Made by a program: the position numbers and the translations under genes. Under the pieces are notes generated by a model, which saw only the letters and a program-made list of their open reading frames with translations, was not told where the DNA came from and made no database searches. From Chrysomallon squamiferum (lineage: Eukaryota; Animalia; Mollusca): a DNA stretch of 64,000 nucleotides. This document shows, in pieces, positions 27,801 through 41,959 of the stretch; positions within the stretch are counted from its first letter, which is position 1; every line of letters starts with the position of its first letter. The DNA lies in contig CM022670.1 in NCBI GenBank assembly GCA_012295275.1, positions 35,898,001 through 35,962,000 of the forward strand, written 5' to 3'.

Positions 27801-29799
27801 GATTTAGTATTTGCCTGAAGTTATTCAGATTTACAGTTTTCTTTCTTTTTTAAACATCAAGATAATCCAACAGAAAAGAGATAAAAGAAATGGATCAAGC
27901 TATCAAATACTCTCAATGCATGTAAATAATGTGAATGTTGATTTTAGTATTTCCAATGATTACTAAGTATTATACCATATTGTTTTGTAATGATCATTGT
28001 TTCTACAATTTGTTTCATTTTTCTTCTCCTATGATACATAGAATCTCATAACAATGTTCCTGCTATTCATTCCTAGCTCTTTTAATAATAATATTATTAT
28101 TATACTATTATTATTATTATTATTATTATCATTATTCAATTAAATCTACTAGCACAAAGTTAAAATGTAATATTTTGTTGATTTTTATTTTAATATTTTT
28201 TAATTTTTAAAAAGGAAATTATTTTGTAATAGAATTTAAAAATTTGGTCATTAAAAAAAGCCTGTTTCAGTTGTCAGTATTTTTAAAATTTATTTTCAAT
28301 GTTTTATTTCTAATTTGGAACATAAGGCTTGATTATAGTTGCTGTTACTGAACTATTTTAAACAGTTAAAATAAAAATAAATCTGAGTTTGATTTGAAAT
28401 TTTTCTTTCAATCTGATGGTAACATGTCATTTATTAATTAATCTTTTCTATCTGAAAATTAATTTAATCCAGATTAGAATCTCTTTGAATCACAAATTCA
28501 GGATCATGTTGGGATTTTCATTTAGTTCAATAAAAAAAATTCTTTTATAAAGTAACTCTAAATTTTGGGGATACATTTATGATAAATTGATCAGTAAATC
28601 AACTTTTTTCAAATTAAAAGAAGTAGTAAATAAAAAAAATAAACTTCAGAAAATCTGTTAAAGATAAGTATTTCTGATAATTTTTTTAATAAACTTGACT
28701 TTGTCAGTAATTTTTAAATTTTATTTAATCCAAATGGAAACAGTGCATATAGCATGATCCATTACTTTGTAGCAAAAATTCTATTCTTTATAAACATAAT
28801 ATAATCAAAATTTACTCTGTTCTTGAATAACTTTGAAATTTTTATCTGAAATAATTATGTCTATCTGGTTTTCTTACTTTCTTTTTAAAAAAAACAAAAG
28901 CGATAACCAACTGTGTTTAGCTATCATGTTTTAAACAACACATGGTAACAATGTATAGTTTACTATTATCCTAATATTACTGCAGTGTGTGAGTTCTTAT
29001 CAGATGGGCATGAAAGTATGATATGGTATGCCACTGTAATTATGTACATGTATACATGCCAAAACTTGTTAAAAGAAATAATTAAACCATTATTTCATAT
29101 CATTGTTGTCTTTTATTATATATCTTTTATATAATCACTTGTAAGTGTTTTATGAAAGACTTTGGTGGTGGCATCTGCATTTGTAAATAACATTTCTTTC
29201 AAAAAATGGATTTGTTTTAACATTGCATTTTAATACTGTCAGTTATTTGTTATCTCTTGAGGTTTTCATATAATGATGGTACCATACAAGATGAGCTATT
29301 TAAATATGTATGTGTGTGTGTGTACATACCAGTTTTTACCATTTTTTGATAAACAAGAAATAGGAAATGAAACTTGATTGATACTGTAATACACTATGCC
29401 TTACTCGGACAGATGTTCAAACAATTCAATTAAAGCTCAGACCTAAACTACTTTTCTTTAAAATAAATCTCCAAATTTATGACAAATTCTATTGCATAAG
29501 TTAAAATATCATCATAAAAAACATATATATATATGTATATGTATATGTATTTGTATATATGTATATTTATGTGGATATGTATCTGTATATATATGTTTAT
29601 ACGTATATTTATATGGATATATATATATATATATCAAAAGCTAAATATCACCTTTATTTTTTGTAGAAATAAGGTGCACATTTTTTAACTGTTTGAGCAA
29701 ATGTCATAAAATTGATTGTTCCTGATAAAAATGTGACTAATTGTAAAGCAACATGAGAGTTTCTGTTGGAGAAAAAAGACATTAACAACGTCAGTGATG

Positions 29800-32700
29800 T
29801 CACTGTGAGGCGGCCATAATGTTCTGGTATTCCTTTTGATCTTCCAGCATCTTCAAAAAAACTCTGTATTTCTTGTTGTGAAATCTAAAGAAAAAAAAAA
29901 AAAAAAAATAATAATAATAAATATATATATAAATAAATAGTAAATAACAAATTAATAAAATAATAACAAATACATACACTAATTTTAAATATACATAATT
30001 TCTTATTTGCAAACTCTTTATTGTTGTTATTGTTATTATTATTATTATTATTCTTATTCTTCATTTCTTCTTTTTCTTCTTTTATTTTAAGAATGGATTT
30101 CAGTACTGAATAATTCTGTAGTCAAAACAATTTAATATATAACTGCAATCTGAAATACAATAACCAAAAAATATACATGTTTATTTACATTTTAACTGTA
30201 GTTTTATATGTACTTACTTAACAAAAGATTTTCCAGATATGGAATTTATTTTAATGTATTGGCAAAAATATTAGAAGTTGTTTAGCAAGGTAACTTTGAC
30301 TTGTAATAATCACCTTTCAAGTGTGCTGTCTGGATTTACAGCCACTCCTTTACCTCCCATTTCTCTCATAGCTTTCTGTAAAGTGATTTTTAAAAATTAT
30401 TAAAAATAAAAGTAATTTTACTCCTAAAAAATTACATTCTTTCTATGTTATAAAGAAATGAATCCACAATTAAAGTAAAAATGTTAACGAAAATTTACAA
30501 TTTAAAACATACAGAATCAAATGTAAAATTTTAAAATTGATTATTTAGTTAAGATTAGGCCTAAATTTACATTTTTGATGTTATGTAATCCAGATAAAAA
30601 ATACTTAAATCACAAAAAAATAATAATAACTAAAGGGGAAAGGAAAAAATAAAATAAATGAAACAAAACATAAAGAAACAAAAATAAATATAATTAAATT
30701 AATTTAAATTGAAATAAAATAAAAGAAAGAGAGCAGAATGGAATGAAATGAAATGAAATGAAATAAAACAAAACAAAAAGTTACATTTCACAGTATTACT
30801 TTCTTCGTTCTTTAGTTAAATAACAATTAAAATTCTTAAGCTTTTTTCAACTTGACTTAGAAGGAGGAATAAATAAAAACTTTTAGATAGGTTTGGGAAC
30901 CATCATAGTGAATATAGATTCCTTTTATACTGTCTTTGTTTGATGAAAATATGGTAACCCTAGATATTATTGAATCAAAATTTTTAAATGGGGTCATTGG
31001 TCATATTGAGTTGCTCAGAAGGGGTCGCGGTATGAAAAAGGTTAAAAACCAGTGCTGTAGAAAATAATTTTGTACATGCCTCAATGGTGGAAAAATGTCC
31101 TGAAGCACATGCCCCTAAGATGGCTGACCCTAGTAACACAGACTCTACAGTGTCTGGTAATATTACTGGTAGACCTTAAAGAACATAAAAACAAAACATT
31201 TCTGAGATTTAAAATCATTCACAGAATGAAAGAAAAATAGAACAGATTACATGAAATGAAATGAAGTAATAAAATAAAATGAAATGAATAAATTAAAAAA
31301 AATAGAAAGAATTTTTTTTTTTTTTTTTAAAGTAATAATAAAACAAAATAAAGCAACAAAATATTACATGATAATAAAATTTATGAAAGATGAAGCTGTA
31401 AACTAAATAACAAACAACAACCAAACAAACAAAAATTAATGTAACATAAAAATTAATAATAATAAAAAATATTTTTGTATTATATTACCTATCACATCAG
31501 CATTTGTTTTCACAAAGAGAGAATTATTTCTGAGACCTCCACAAAGAAACACTGCAGAAACTGTGTGTCCATTCTTGCCCATTGTGTCTAAAATATGACG
31601 TGTTCCATACTGCAAATACACATATCAAAGTTTTTAAACATTAGAAATTGTCTGTATTTACTAAAAATTTGTTTTGAAGATTTGTTTTGATTTTTTTTTT
31701 TTTTATCACAGAATCATTCTTATAACAAATATAACACCTAATATTAATAATAAATTGGTATGTACTTTCAGGTTTTCATGAATAAAATAAAAATTTCTCA
31801 GTCTGATTAACGTATATAATAGATGTATTATTAGGCTAACACCACAAGTAGTATGATTTTAGACCTGATTATGTTTATTTTTAAAATCATATACACTGAA
31901 TTTAATTATAAATTAAATTTTATTAATATTATTGCGGGATCATTTTAGAACAGAGAAATGAAACTGGAGTGTCTATGTAACTAAATGTAAAATGCTTAAG
32001 ACTGTTTTGATATAGTAATTTAAAAAAATTACAATATAATATGCTAGATGTTCATACTTTCAGTTTGGCAATGAATAAAAGAATAATAAAAAAAAAAAAT
32101 TGTTTAAATATAGCTGTAAAATCTGTACAACAAACAAACAAACAAACAAACAAACAAATAAATAAACAAATAAACAAACGTACTGCTAAAGCTTGTACTG
32201 TTGCAAGGTACAGCAAAGCCAAATTTTCCACATTAGCTTGTAGTGTTAAACCAGAAACCTGAAAAACACACATTATCAGAAAAATACAGAATCCTATATT
32301 TTAGTTAAAAGGAACCATAAATAGTTTAATATACACATTTGGGAAGATACAATGCATATTACAATTTTATGTCTTTAAAAAATGAAATAATCAAATTTTT
32401 CAAAATTATAGAGATTCACTTGTTATTAAAATTTTACAAATTAAAAAAAAATAATAATAATGATTATGATGATGATGATGATGATGATGAACAAAATATT
32501 AAACAAAAAATTGTAGTGGGTAGATATGTTGGTATCTCTAACCTAATTATTATCATCAATGAGAAATATTAACAATCTTCTGGAGTTTTAGCTTATTTAT
32601 TATTTAATGAAATCAGTATACTATTTATTGTTAAATATAAGTAATACATAAAAATAAATAAATAAAAATATATCTCAGGTCAAATGTAATACTGCCTACC

Positions 32701-33486
32701 ATTCCTTTAAAAGTAGGATCTGCAAGTGGAGATCTGTTGCCATGGTAATCAGGATAGACATGAAAATCTTCTGTCAGTTCTGATATTGTTGTCTTGCCCT
32801 TGCTGGTAGCCATATTTTTTAAAACTTCATTTAAATAATCATGAATGTGCATTCCTCTAAAAAAAAATGCACATTTATTGAACAGCAGCATCAAAAACAT
32901 ATCATGATGGTGAAACATATACAGAGCAACAAACTTTCAGAAACACAGTCTACATATAACCAGTTTTAGAAGAAATAAAATTTGAATTTAGATTCTCTAA
33001 TGAAAGTCTGAAGTAATTTGAACCTTCTACTGCATTCTACTGCATCCTACCATTTTTAAAAATATTCATACCAGTGCTTACTTTCTGAAATGACTATTTA
33101 TTACTATAGTGATATTTTATAGTAATTTTGTATTATTAAGTTTCAGATTAATCATAATATATTAAATTGTGATAATAAAAACCTAAACAAAATATAATAG
33201 TGTAAGACTCAGTGTTTCTACCAGTAGCTGTTAATGGGACTTTTGCTATCAGTTTTACTCAGTTATTGCAGCAGTGAATCTCTATTTCGCAGTGGTGCCA
33301 TTTTGTATAATATTAGTAGTAAAATAATTATTTATTAAATTTACAAATGGTAAATAACTCACCCGGTTCTGGCTTTTTCGTCAGCTTCCTTATAAGCTGA
33401 GTGACTTTCTACTATAAAGTCTATCTGAAATTTAGACGTTTATTTTATATACAGAAAAAATTATGTGTATATGTGTCTATTTTTTT

Positions 33487-33566
<80 letters not shown>

Positions 33567-36500
33567 CACAGACGTAAATATACAAATACAAGCATGCATA
33601 CAAACATATATACATACTTAGATGAACATTCATAAAAAATAAATTTATTCAAAAATTAATTATATCAGTTACTCACTATGTCTACTTACTAGTTTCCCAG
33701 TTGCACTTTGGCCACCTTCATTAAGCCAGTAACCAGGAATAATAACAGAGTTGTAAGGACCCCACACTCCCGGCACAGATACTGGTTTAGAACTCAACTA
33801 GAACACATCAAATCAAATTATTCATAACTTATTACCAAGACAGTATCAAAAATATCTGTAATTTAAGAAGAAAAAAAAGGAAACAAAAGGAACATAATTC
33901 TTTAAAATCAATAATTGATTCTGAAAACTTATGTATTATTATTATTTTAAATACAAATATAATTTTGAAATGTTCTGTGATGGTAAAATTTAATTCTATA
34001 ATCTACAACTGGGGTATGTTAAAGATTGACGTACCACCATATGACAAGAAGACGTTCCACAGATAAGCACCAAATGACCTGTGACCTCTGAAGACAAATC
34101 TGTTAGATTGGTGGGTTCACAACCAAGACAACCTGTAAACAAATAAAAAAATAAAAAAAAAAAAATTTAATATTTTATTTCATGAAACTAACAAGGTCAC
34201 AACTCTGCTTTAATTTAGCTGATATGTTATTTGTAATAATATACACTATGAAAGATTATATTGGAATGTTGAAATAACACACTTTATGGAAGGCACAAAT
34301 GAAAAATATGTTACTGCTAACAGATAAGAGATGTCAGGGTTTTTTTTATTGCCTTGTCACCATTACATGAACAATATATAATATTTATGTTTCAAAAATA
34401 ACAAAGTCAACAATAAAATGTGTTTGTTGAAATAATCCTGAATAAACAGAGTTATGGATTGTGCAATCATTATTCACATTGTTTTGATGAGTACAGTTCT
34501 CTGTAGCAAATATTGATTGATAGCAATAAGTGACAATTAATAACCATGTCATGTAATAAATAACCAAATCATGTGTATACATGGTCAGTATGTGATGGAA
34601 GAAACTTGTTTATTTTGTCTTCACTGATTTGTTTTGTTGCATGTCCTCTTTACTGACCTAACACTCCAGCATGGGCATCAATGATTGATGTTGACACTGG
34701 TGTTGCTGGAAGTAAACCCAGTTCAGTGGCAGTTTCTGCTGACAAACCATTTTTACATGGCTCTCCAGGCACTTTCACTTCAAATCCTAGATGTATGAAA
34801 TACAAATTCAGGTAAATTATTTACAAATAAGTTCTAGATATGCAAAAATAATAAAATAGAGGTATTCAGATATTGTTTCTCATATCAGATCAGAAATTAC
34901 ACACTGAACTAATTCAGTTTATAAGGTTTGCCAGAGAACTGAAAGATCCTGTAATACTCATTCTTAGTGGAGGTTCTGGCACTGTTGAAGAGGAAACAGT
35001 CTGAAAAATGACTGAACGGAATGTTATGCCTATTTGTTCATGCTTGTTAAACAGGGTACCCTGGAACCTGAGAAGAGCAAGTAAAAGTATTATAGCTAAA
35101 AACAAAAAGATTGATAATGGCTTCCATTTAATATCTTAATTCTACATTTATTTATTTTATTATTTTACTTTTTTTTTTAATTTAAATATATTTTGGCAAC
35201 TCTCTTGTGATGAGAAATAACTTGTTCTAATGTTTGTTAAAAATCTCACCTATTTTAGAAAAGTTATTTTCCATGAGATCCTCCAATCCAACACATTTCA
35301 AGAATGATTCACTCCAGCCATGTGACTCAGTGGTTGCTAGGAAACCCCATTTACATACAACTGAACACTGAGATCTTGTGTAAAATAAAGTTTAAAAGAC
35401 TACGCTAACAAAAGTGTGATCTTTATTAAAACACTAAATCAAACTGTTTTTGTTTAACAATATTAATAACAATAATGATGATGTTACATTGATAATAAGG
35501 AACATAATTCTGTTTTATTTTTAAATGTTTTAGGTCAAAGTATTGAAAAATTAAAATGATGTAATTATTCCATGGTGTTTAAATAAACCTTGATAAACTT
35601 CCTGTTGCTTTCCAAGTAAGAAAATCTGGTAAGTCAAAAAAATATCCAGCTTTTTTCCAACAAGAATCATTCAACATCTGTAAAACAGAAAATATTATCA
35701 TTTCTGTGATAGGCTGTACAATATGTTAATAGTAAATAATATTCTAAAATAAATACAATGTTCAAGAGTACACGTTATCTATTGTCTTCCCTGATATTTA
35801 TACATGAATTAGTTTTTTGTTTTATTTCCACACACACACACACACACACATCTTAAAACACACTGACAAATATTTTCACTATTAATGGCATGTGTATTTT
35901 GTCACTCTGAAGCCAGGGTTGAGCTGTTTATCATTTATATGTGTAACTTTTGTCAGGGATCAAAGGGTTAATTTTGCTGTCAGAGCTTGAAGAACAATTT
36001 TGTTCATAAAAATTCAACAACCAGTCACAGAAGTTAGAATTAAAACTAATGAGAAGATTTTGAAACAATAATAAATAGGTAAAAATGTTTTATAGTTTTA
36101 TAGAGGTTTTTTTTTTTTTTTTAATCTGATCAGACTGAGAAAGTTATGCAGCATAATTTTTAAACAAACCTGTTTCAGCCATAGCAGTTTTGGTGGTTGC
36201 ATTTCTAGAGACATTTTGCCCCCAACATACTGCAACACTTGATGGTTGGTTCTGTTTATGAAGCTGGCTTGATCTACTGCACGGTGGTCCATCCACATAA
36301 CTATGTTACATTCATTCTGTCCTGAAAACACACAAAAACATTAACATTCATAAAATTTATATTCAGTAAAGTACATGTATTTTATTAAAATGCCATCAGC
36401 ATTATATATAATTTACTTAGGTGAATTAAACAATTCTTAAGACATGGTGGAAACAAAAATATTATCTTTTCTCCCCCTGTGTCAAAAGAAGATTTTGTAT

Positions 36501-37613
36501 TTTACAAATCAGTTCCATTTGGTTTGGTATAATCTATAATTTGTTTGTGCTTTTCCAGATCTAACCAGTGTCCCTTGACTGGTTCATGTTTTCCTGCACA
36601 TTGGAAATTGTATATCTCTTGCAGCTGTCTGTAAAAGTAACCACAGAATGAGAGCAACTGGTTTCTTTTTTCACCTCTAAATAAAATTAAATCTATTATA
36701 TTGAATAACTGTTCATAGAAAGGTAAATGATATTAATAAACAGATATAAAACAACATTAAAATACTACTACTACTACTACTACAACTAATAATAATAATA
36801 ATGCAGAAATGAAATAATAATTTAACAAAAAAAAATAATAATAATAAAAAATTGAAAATAATACTGCTAAAAAGATACTTTTCTAACAAACAAATGAATG
36901 ATATTGGTAAAAACCTGTTGGGCTTATGGTGAGAGGTTTGAACTGTTTATCCAGTACAACAAGGGAACAAGTAGCATCGAAACCAATACCAGCCACATTG
37001 TCCTTAGAAACACCTGATTCCTGTACTGCACTCTGAAACACATTACATAAATACCAGAGAAAAATAATCATTATTACTACATTCACTACCATTATGTCTA
37101 TTACCACTACTATAACTTTTACTACTTTTACTAGGTTTATTGCTGCCTCTTGTTTTATTAGTACTACTATTACTATTAAATATACTATTAGTATGATTAC
37201 TACTGCTGCTATTATTTTACCACTTCTTCCACCCCAACCACAACCATTGTTAATCTCACTTGTATTAATAACAAAAATTCTTAAAACAGAACTGAAGGAA
37301 ATTTGTTGGCTAATTAATTAAATCTTCTTAATTATAGACAAAGATGATTTGGATTTAGGTTTCAGTTCAAAAAATAAATAAAATGATAAAATGTTTTTTT
37401 TTTAAATGTTATTACCACAACCATACATAACTCTACCTTGATGGTTTTAACTATAGCATTCCATATATCAGTGGATGACTGCTCATAAAAACCATCTTTA
37501 GGATTCCATATTTTGATATTTTCTGTGGAAGTGGCGATGATGTTTCCTTTCTTGTCTGTCACTGCAACACGGACACTTCCTGATCCCACATCAACACCAA
37601 TGAAATATGCCAT
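29800..37613 (-). CDS. FGGY: FGGY carbohydrate kinase domain-containing protein (D-ribulokinase type), 550 aa. Exons 37613-37437, 37032-36915, 36321-36170, 35677-35589, 35374-35250, 34786-34658, 34132-34035, 33797-33690, 33424-33363, 32856-32700, 32258-32184, 31609-31489, 31174-31080, 30375-30314, 29884-29800
   Basis: Family motifs [110 protein letters not shown]. All exon phases join in frame (1653 nt). Confidence 0.96.
30945..31058. mobile_element. Fragments resembling hAT-family transposon termini in an FGGY intron
   Basis: ATATGGTAACCCTA (~30949-30962) resembles Blackjack-type ends. GGGGTCGCGG..AAAAGGTTAAAAACCAGTG (~31021-31054) resembles Charlie-type ends. Both are recalled consensus similarities and no partner TIR was seen. 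Confidence 0.35.
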
Positions 37614-37641
37614 GATAATTACCTGTAATAAAATATGGTAT

Positions 37642-37671
37642 AAGTAGTAGTAGTAGTAGTAGTAGTAGTAA

Positions 37672-37708
<37 letters not shown>
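37642..37708. repeat. (TAG)n microsatellite
   Basis: Direct. Similar tract at ~56041-56086. Confidence 0.97.
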
Positions 37709-37709
<1 letters not shown>

Positions 37710-37825
37710 AACAATTTTTAAAATGTTAAAAATTAAATATTTAAAAAAGTATTTTTTCTGAAAGTTTCAGTCAAAACTAATTGTGTTTTCATTTCACATT
37801 TAAATAATAAAGAAAAACAGACATA

Positions 37826-37858
<33 letters not shown>

Positions 37859-38625
37859 TAAATTTACGAACATAAAGAATTATTCTTAAAAATTCACAAA
37901 AGAAAAAATCTTTAGTCAGGAAAAGAAAAAGAAGAAAAAAAGAATGAAGGAAAGAAAATATATATAATAATGAACTTTATAAAAAAAAATATATATATAT
38001 ATATATTATTAATGTTTATTGTTGTTGTTGTTACAAATCCGTTGATCTTTATGAGTGAATGATATTTAATACCATGTTCGTACATACAAAACAAAGGTTA
38101 TAAAAAGAGCGTTTGGTTATTTGCTGCTGTTTATGGTTTGTTATCGAATTAAATGGGATATAGAGGTGATCAACCGAAACGTATTAAGGCATAGTACACA
38201 TTAAAAGCTGCTAAGGTATTAAAATTAATGGATTATCCAATAATGCCTCACTCTTACTATTCGGATTTATTACCAGTAATATAATTGTTAAATAAATATA
38301 ACTCCCGTTTACTTCGCTTATGGTGCAGTACGCAGTAGTCAGCAAACGAAGGAGGAAATATCTGCACAATAACAAATGGCGAAATTTAATTCTCTTGAAA
38401 CCCATTTGTATTTATTTATTTCTGTTCGTTTTCAATCAGCACCCATATTATTACATCCTTTATTATGAATCAGAGCACTCAGTTTTAACATGTTAATTTG
38501 ACCCCCAACAAAATAGGATCATGTAACTTAACTTAAATACTTGTTGAAAAGAAGTTTGTTCACATATGAGAGATTATTATAAAATTATTATTATTTACTG
38601 TTGTTCTTGGTAATGATGATGATGA

Positions 38626-38667
<42 letters not shown>

Positions 38668-38999
38668 TAGATATTTGTTGAGGTGTAGTGCAGTAAGATT
38701 TTCTGTATTACAGATGAATGCAGTACGGTTTTGATTAACATTGCGAATTGCAACCATTTAAAAGAATAAAAATAAAAATGTTTTACTTTTCTTTTTTTTT
38801 TTTAATAATAATACATTGTCACAGACATTCTGCCTTGCATTGATAATTGGTTTATCAATCACCAAGTAAGGAAGGTTTTATGTTCGTTAGTATTTGTAAA
38901 TACTGATTTGCAAGATATATTTTTTACCAGAAGTGAATTTATCTGTGCTTAGAAAATGAAACGTATTTCCAGTATCAGTGCATAGTAGTTTTATTATTC

Positions 39000-39065
<66 letters not shown>

Positions 39066-39238
39066 TTTTTCGAATTCTAATGTGTGTCCGTATAAATATT
39101 AATACTGAATTACTTGTTCATTGTGTCTACTGTTGATTTGTTGTTATTGTTGTTGCTTTCGGTTCTTTTTAAATTTCATCTCAAATACCAATGTAAGGTC
39201 GATTTTAAATGTATTTAAATTTATGTATGCTGGCTTAA

Positions 39239-39286
<48 letters not shown>

Positions 39287-41018
39287 TCACCCCACCCCAA
39301 AAAAAAAAATCCCAGAAAACAACAAACAAAACCAACAAAAAAGAGAGATCAGAATATAATAAAATGTCTTTGATGTTAAGTCCGAATATTCATTATTATG
39401 CTGCTGTAACGTTGGCCTTTAAACTGGCATTTGAATAACAGTTGTTTGTATATGGATGTAATGTGAGTTTATATTACATCTATTGTTTTAGAATGCGCAT
39501 TCATTTACAGTAAATAGGTTGATCAAATTAACGTATAATTCTGTCTCTAAATGAAAAAATATTAACGATACGATACAGTTAACTGCTACTAAAATAAAAG
39601 TAATTTTTAATTCAATTAATAACCAGATTTCAAGATTTCATAATCGCACCAAGAAATGGCATATAAGCCAAATGATCCTGAAGTTGTTTATTTAGTGTCT
39701 TAATTAAACAAGCAGGTCAAACAGAATATATATTCAGTGAAAACGTGAACTATTAAACTAGCAATCCGAAATATTATTAGTTTTTTTTAATCTTTCCTCG
39801 TAAACGATAAATAAATGAATAGAATAAAATAAAATAGAAGAAAGAAATGTATAATATTACTTGGACTAGATAATTACGTTCGTACATTTGCCCATCGGGG
39901 ACAAACCAGGCTGGAACATCATTATAATCTAAACAAAAAGTATATCTGTAAAATAGGATTTTGAGAAACTGACAGATATGTGACTGAAGAATGTATCGCC
40001 GCCCTATTGATATGTACTTAATAACACCTCCATTAGCGTTTCGATCAATTAACATTATCATGTAATTTCGATTTTTGTGCATTTTTTCCCCGTTTAAAAA
40101 AATCTAAAAATAATAACACAACAAATACTGTGTCAACATATTTTAATTGCAAAATGACAACTATTACTTTTTACACAAGTAAAAAAAAAGCCTCCCGCCC
40201 CGTTTTTCGAGTTCATTCAGGTGAGTACATTAATGGGAAATATCGATGTTTTTGAGCTTTGTTTATTATTTCTCTAAAAGAAATGATATCACAGTAACAG
40301 GTTTCATTTGAGCAAGAAGAGAGTTTAGCAGTTTCACTGACATGCTTTAAATTCAACAAAGGTTCATAAAACAAACAAAAAAGGTATAACATACCCAAAT
40401 ATATAGCACCACCACCATGTAGGTAATAAGTAAATATAATACATTAACTTTGCTTAATGGACGGATTGTAGTTTTAATCAGAAAATATCCAATATTTCAT
40501 GAATATATATATGTATGTATATAGCAGATAATAGTTAATAATTTGTCTACTGAAGCTTTTATGCCACATAGAAATTAATCTCTCTCTTTTTTTTTTTTTT
40601 CTTTTTTCGTTCGCTTACTAACTTACTAACTCCTTTTCCATCCTTCAGGTGCCTGTTAATGAGATACCATTTTGTGTTTTTCCCGTTCCATTCATCAGTT
40701 TATAACTTTTTTTATTTTTTTTTTTTTCTTCTAAAGAACAGTATATCGTGTTTTTCGGTTTGATCAGGTTTGTGGAAGGAATTTACATTTCAATATGGGA
40801 AACACGAAGAGAATCAACACACATCTTTAATAATAACACCATTTTCATTTATCTTCATTCTGATTGACGAATAATTAAAGTGAGATATTATTATAAAGAC
40901 GTGATATGAAGACAAAACAAAATTATCCCCACCCAAAAAAAAAGGTTTAAAAAATATATATATTTGAGTTCAAACTGCAGTAGTATAAAAATAACCTTAT
41001 ACAGTCAGAAGTGAATCA

Positions 41019-41891
41019 CTATGTAAAAATTACGTCATAAGCATCCTTTAATTTGAGAAACTTTTTCAACGTATTTGGCACTGGTAAGTTATCAATGAGT
41101 GGAAACAATGAAAAGGCAGTTTTGGCTTGAATGAGATTTCGTATTTTGTATCTGCACAGTCGCGACAAACTTGGAGGTCTGTCTAATTCTTCAGCAACGT
41201 CTTTTTGCAAAACCTCTGAAGCTCGCTGTAGACTTTTTCTTACGAGCGGCACAAAGTCTCTGGAATGGAGTAACAGTATTTTGCTTATTGTAAAATCATC
41301 CCAGCGGTCTGTAGTACACGAATAACATCTGCTTGTGACGACTGCACCATGCTGAAGTAAAATGCAAGTCGTGTCCACCTGACCCAGCATTATGCTGTAG
41401 TCACAGGCCGTGTAGCCCGAGTTGTCCAAAATGTCATGTCTAGCACCATGATTCAGCAGCAGTTCTAAAATTTCCACCACAAATGAATGAGAATCGTATT
41501 TTGAAAATCCTTCAGCAGACGACATATTTTTCAGTCGTTTAACTCTTCTACGTATCTGGTAGAGTCCAGAATTTAAAGCACAAAAGAGGGGCGTTTGACC
41601 CACGTTATTTGATTTTACATTAGGGTCTGCCCCTTCTTCTAACAGAGTTCGTACAATGTCGACATTCCCCTCTTGACAGGCGAGAAAGAGGCCAGTTTTC
41701 CGTTAAACTCCGTCTCGTCAATGTGAGCGTCTGCTGCCAACAGTGATTTTACAATTTCACAGTGACCTCCCTTTATGGCCACATGAAGTGGAGAATAATT
41801 TTGATCTTTCCAGTGCTCACAGTTTCGTCGAATATTTGGATCAGCGCCTGACAAATAAATAAAATCTTGTGATTACCATTTTAACCTGCGG

Positions 41892-41959
<68 letters not shown>

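Noticed and set aside
37614-37625. FGGY acceptor followed by GTAATT as a recursive site
   Set aside because: Weaker donor match and apparently short flanking introns. Could easily be chance.
39630-39950. Minus-strand exon-like peptides (DYNDVPAWFVPDGQMYERNYLVQ etc.)
   Set aside because: I could not assemble a coherent ORF or recognise a family. Kept only as context for the possible transcript in this interval.
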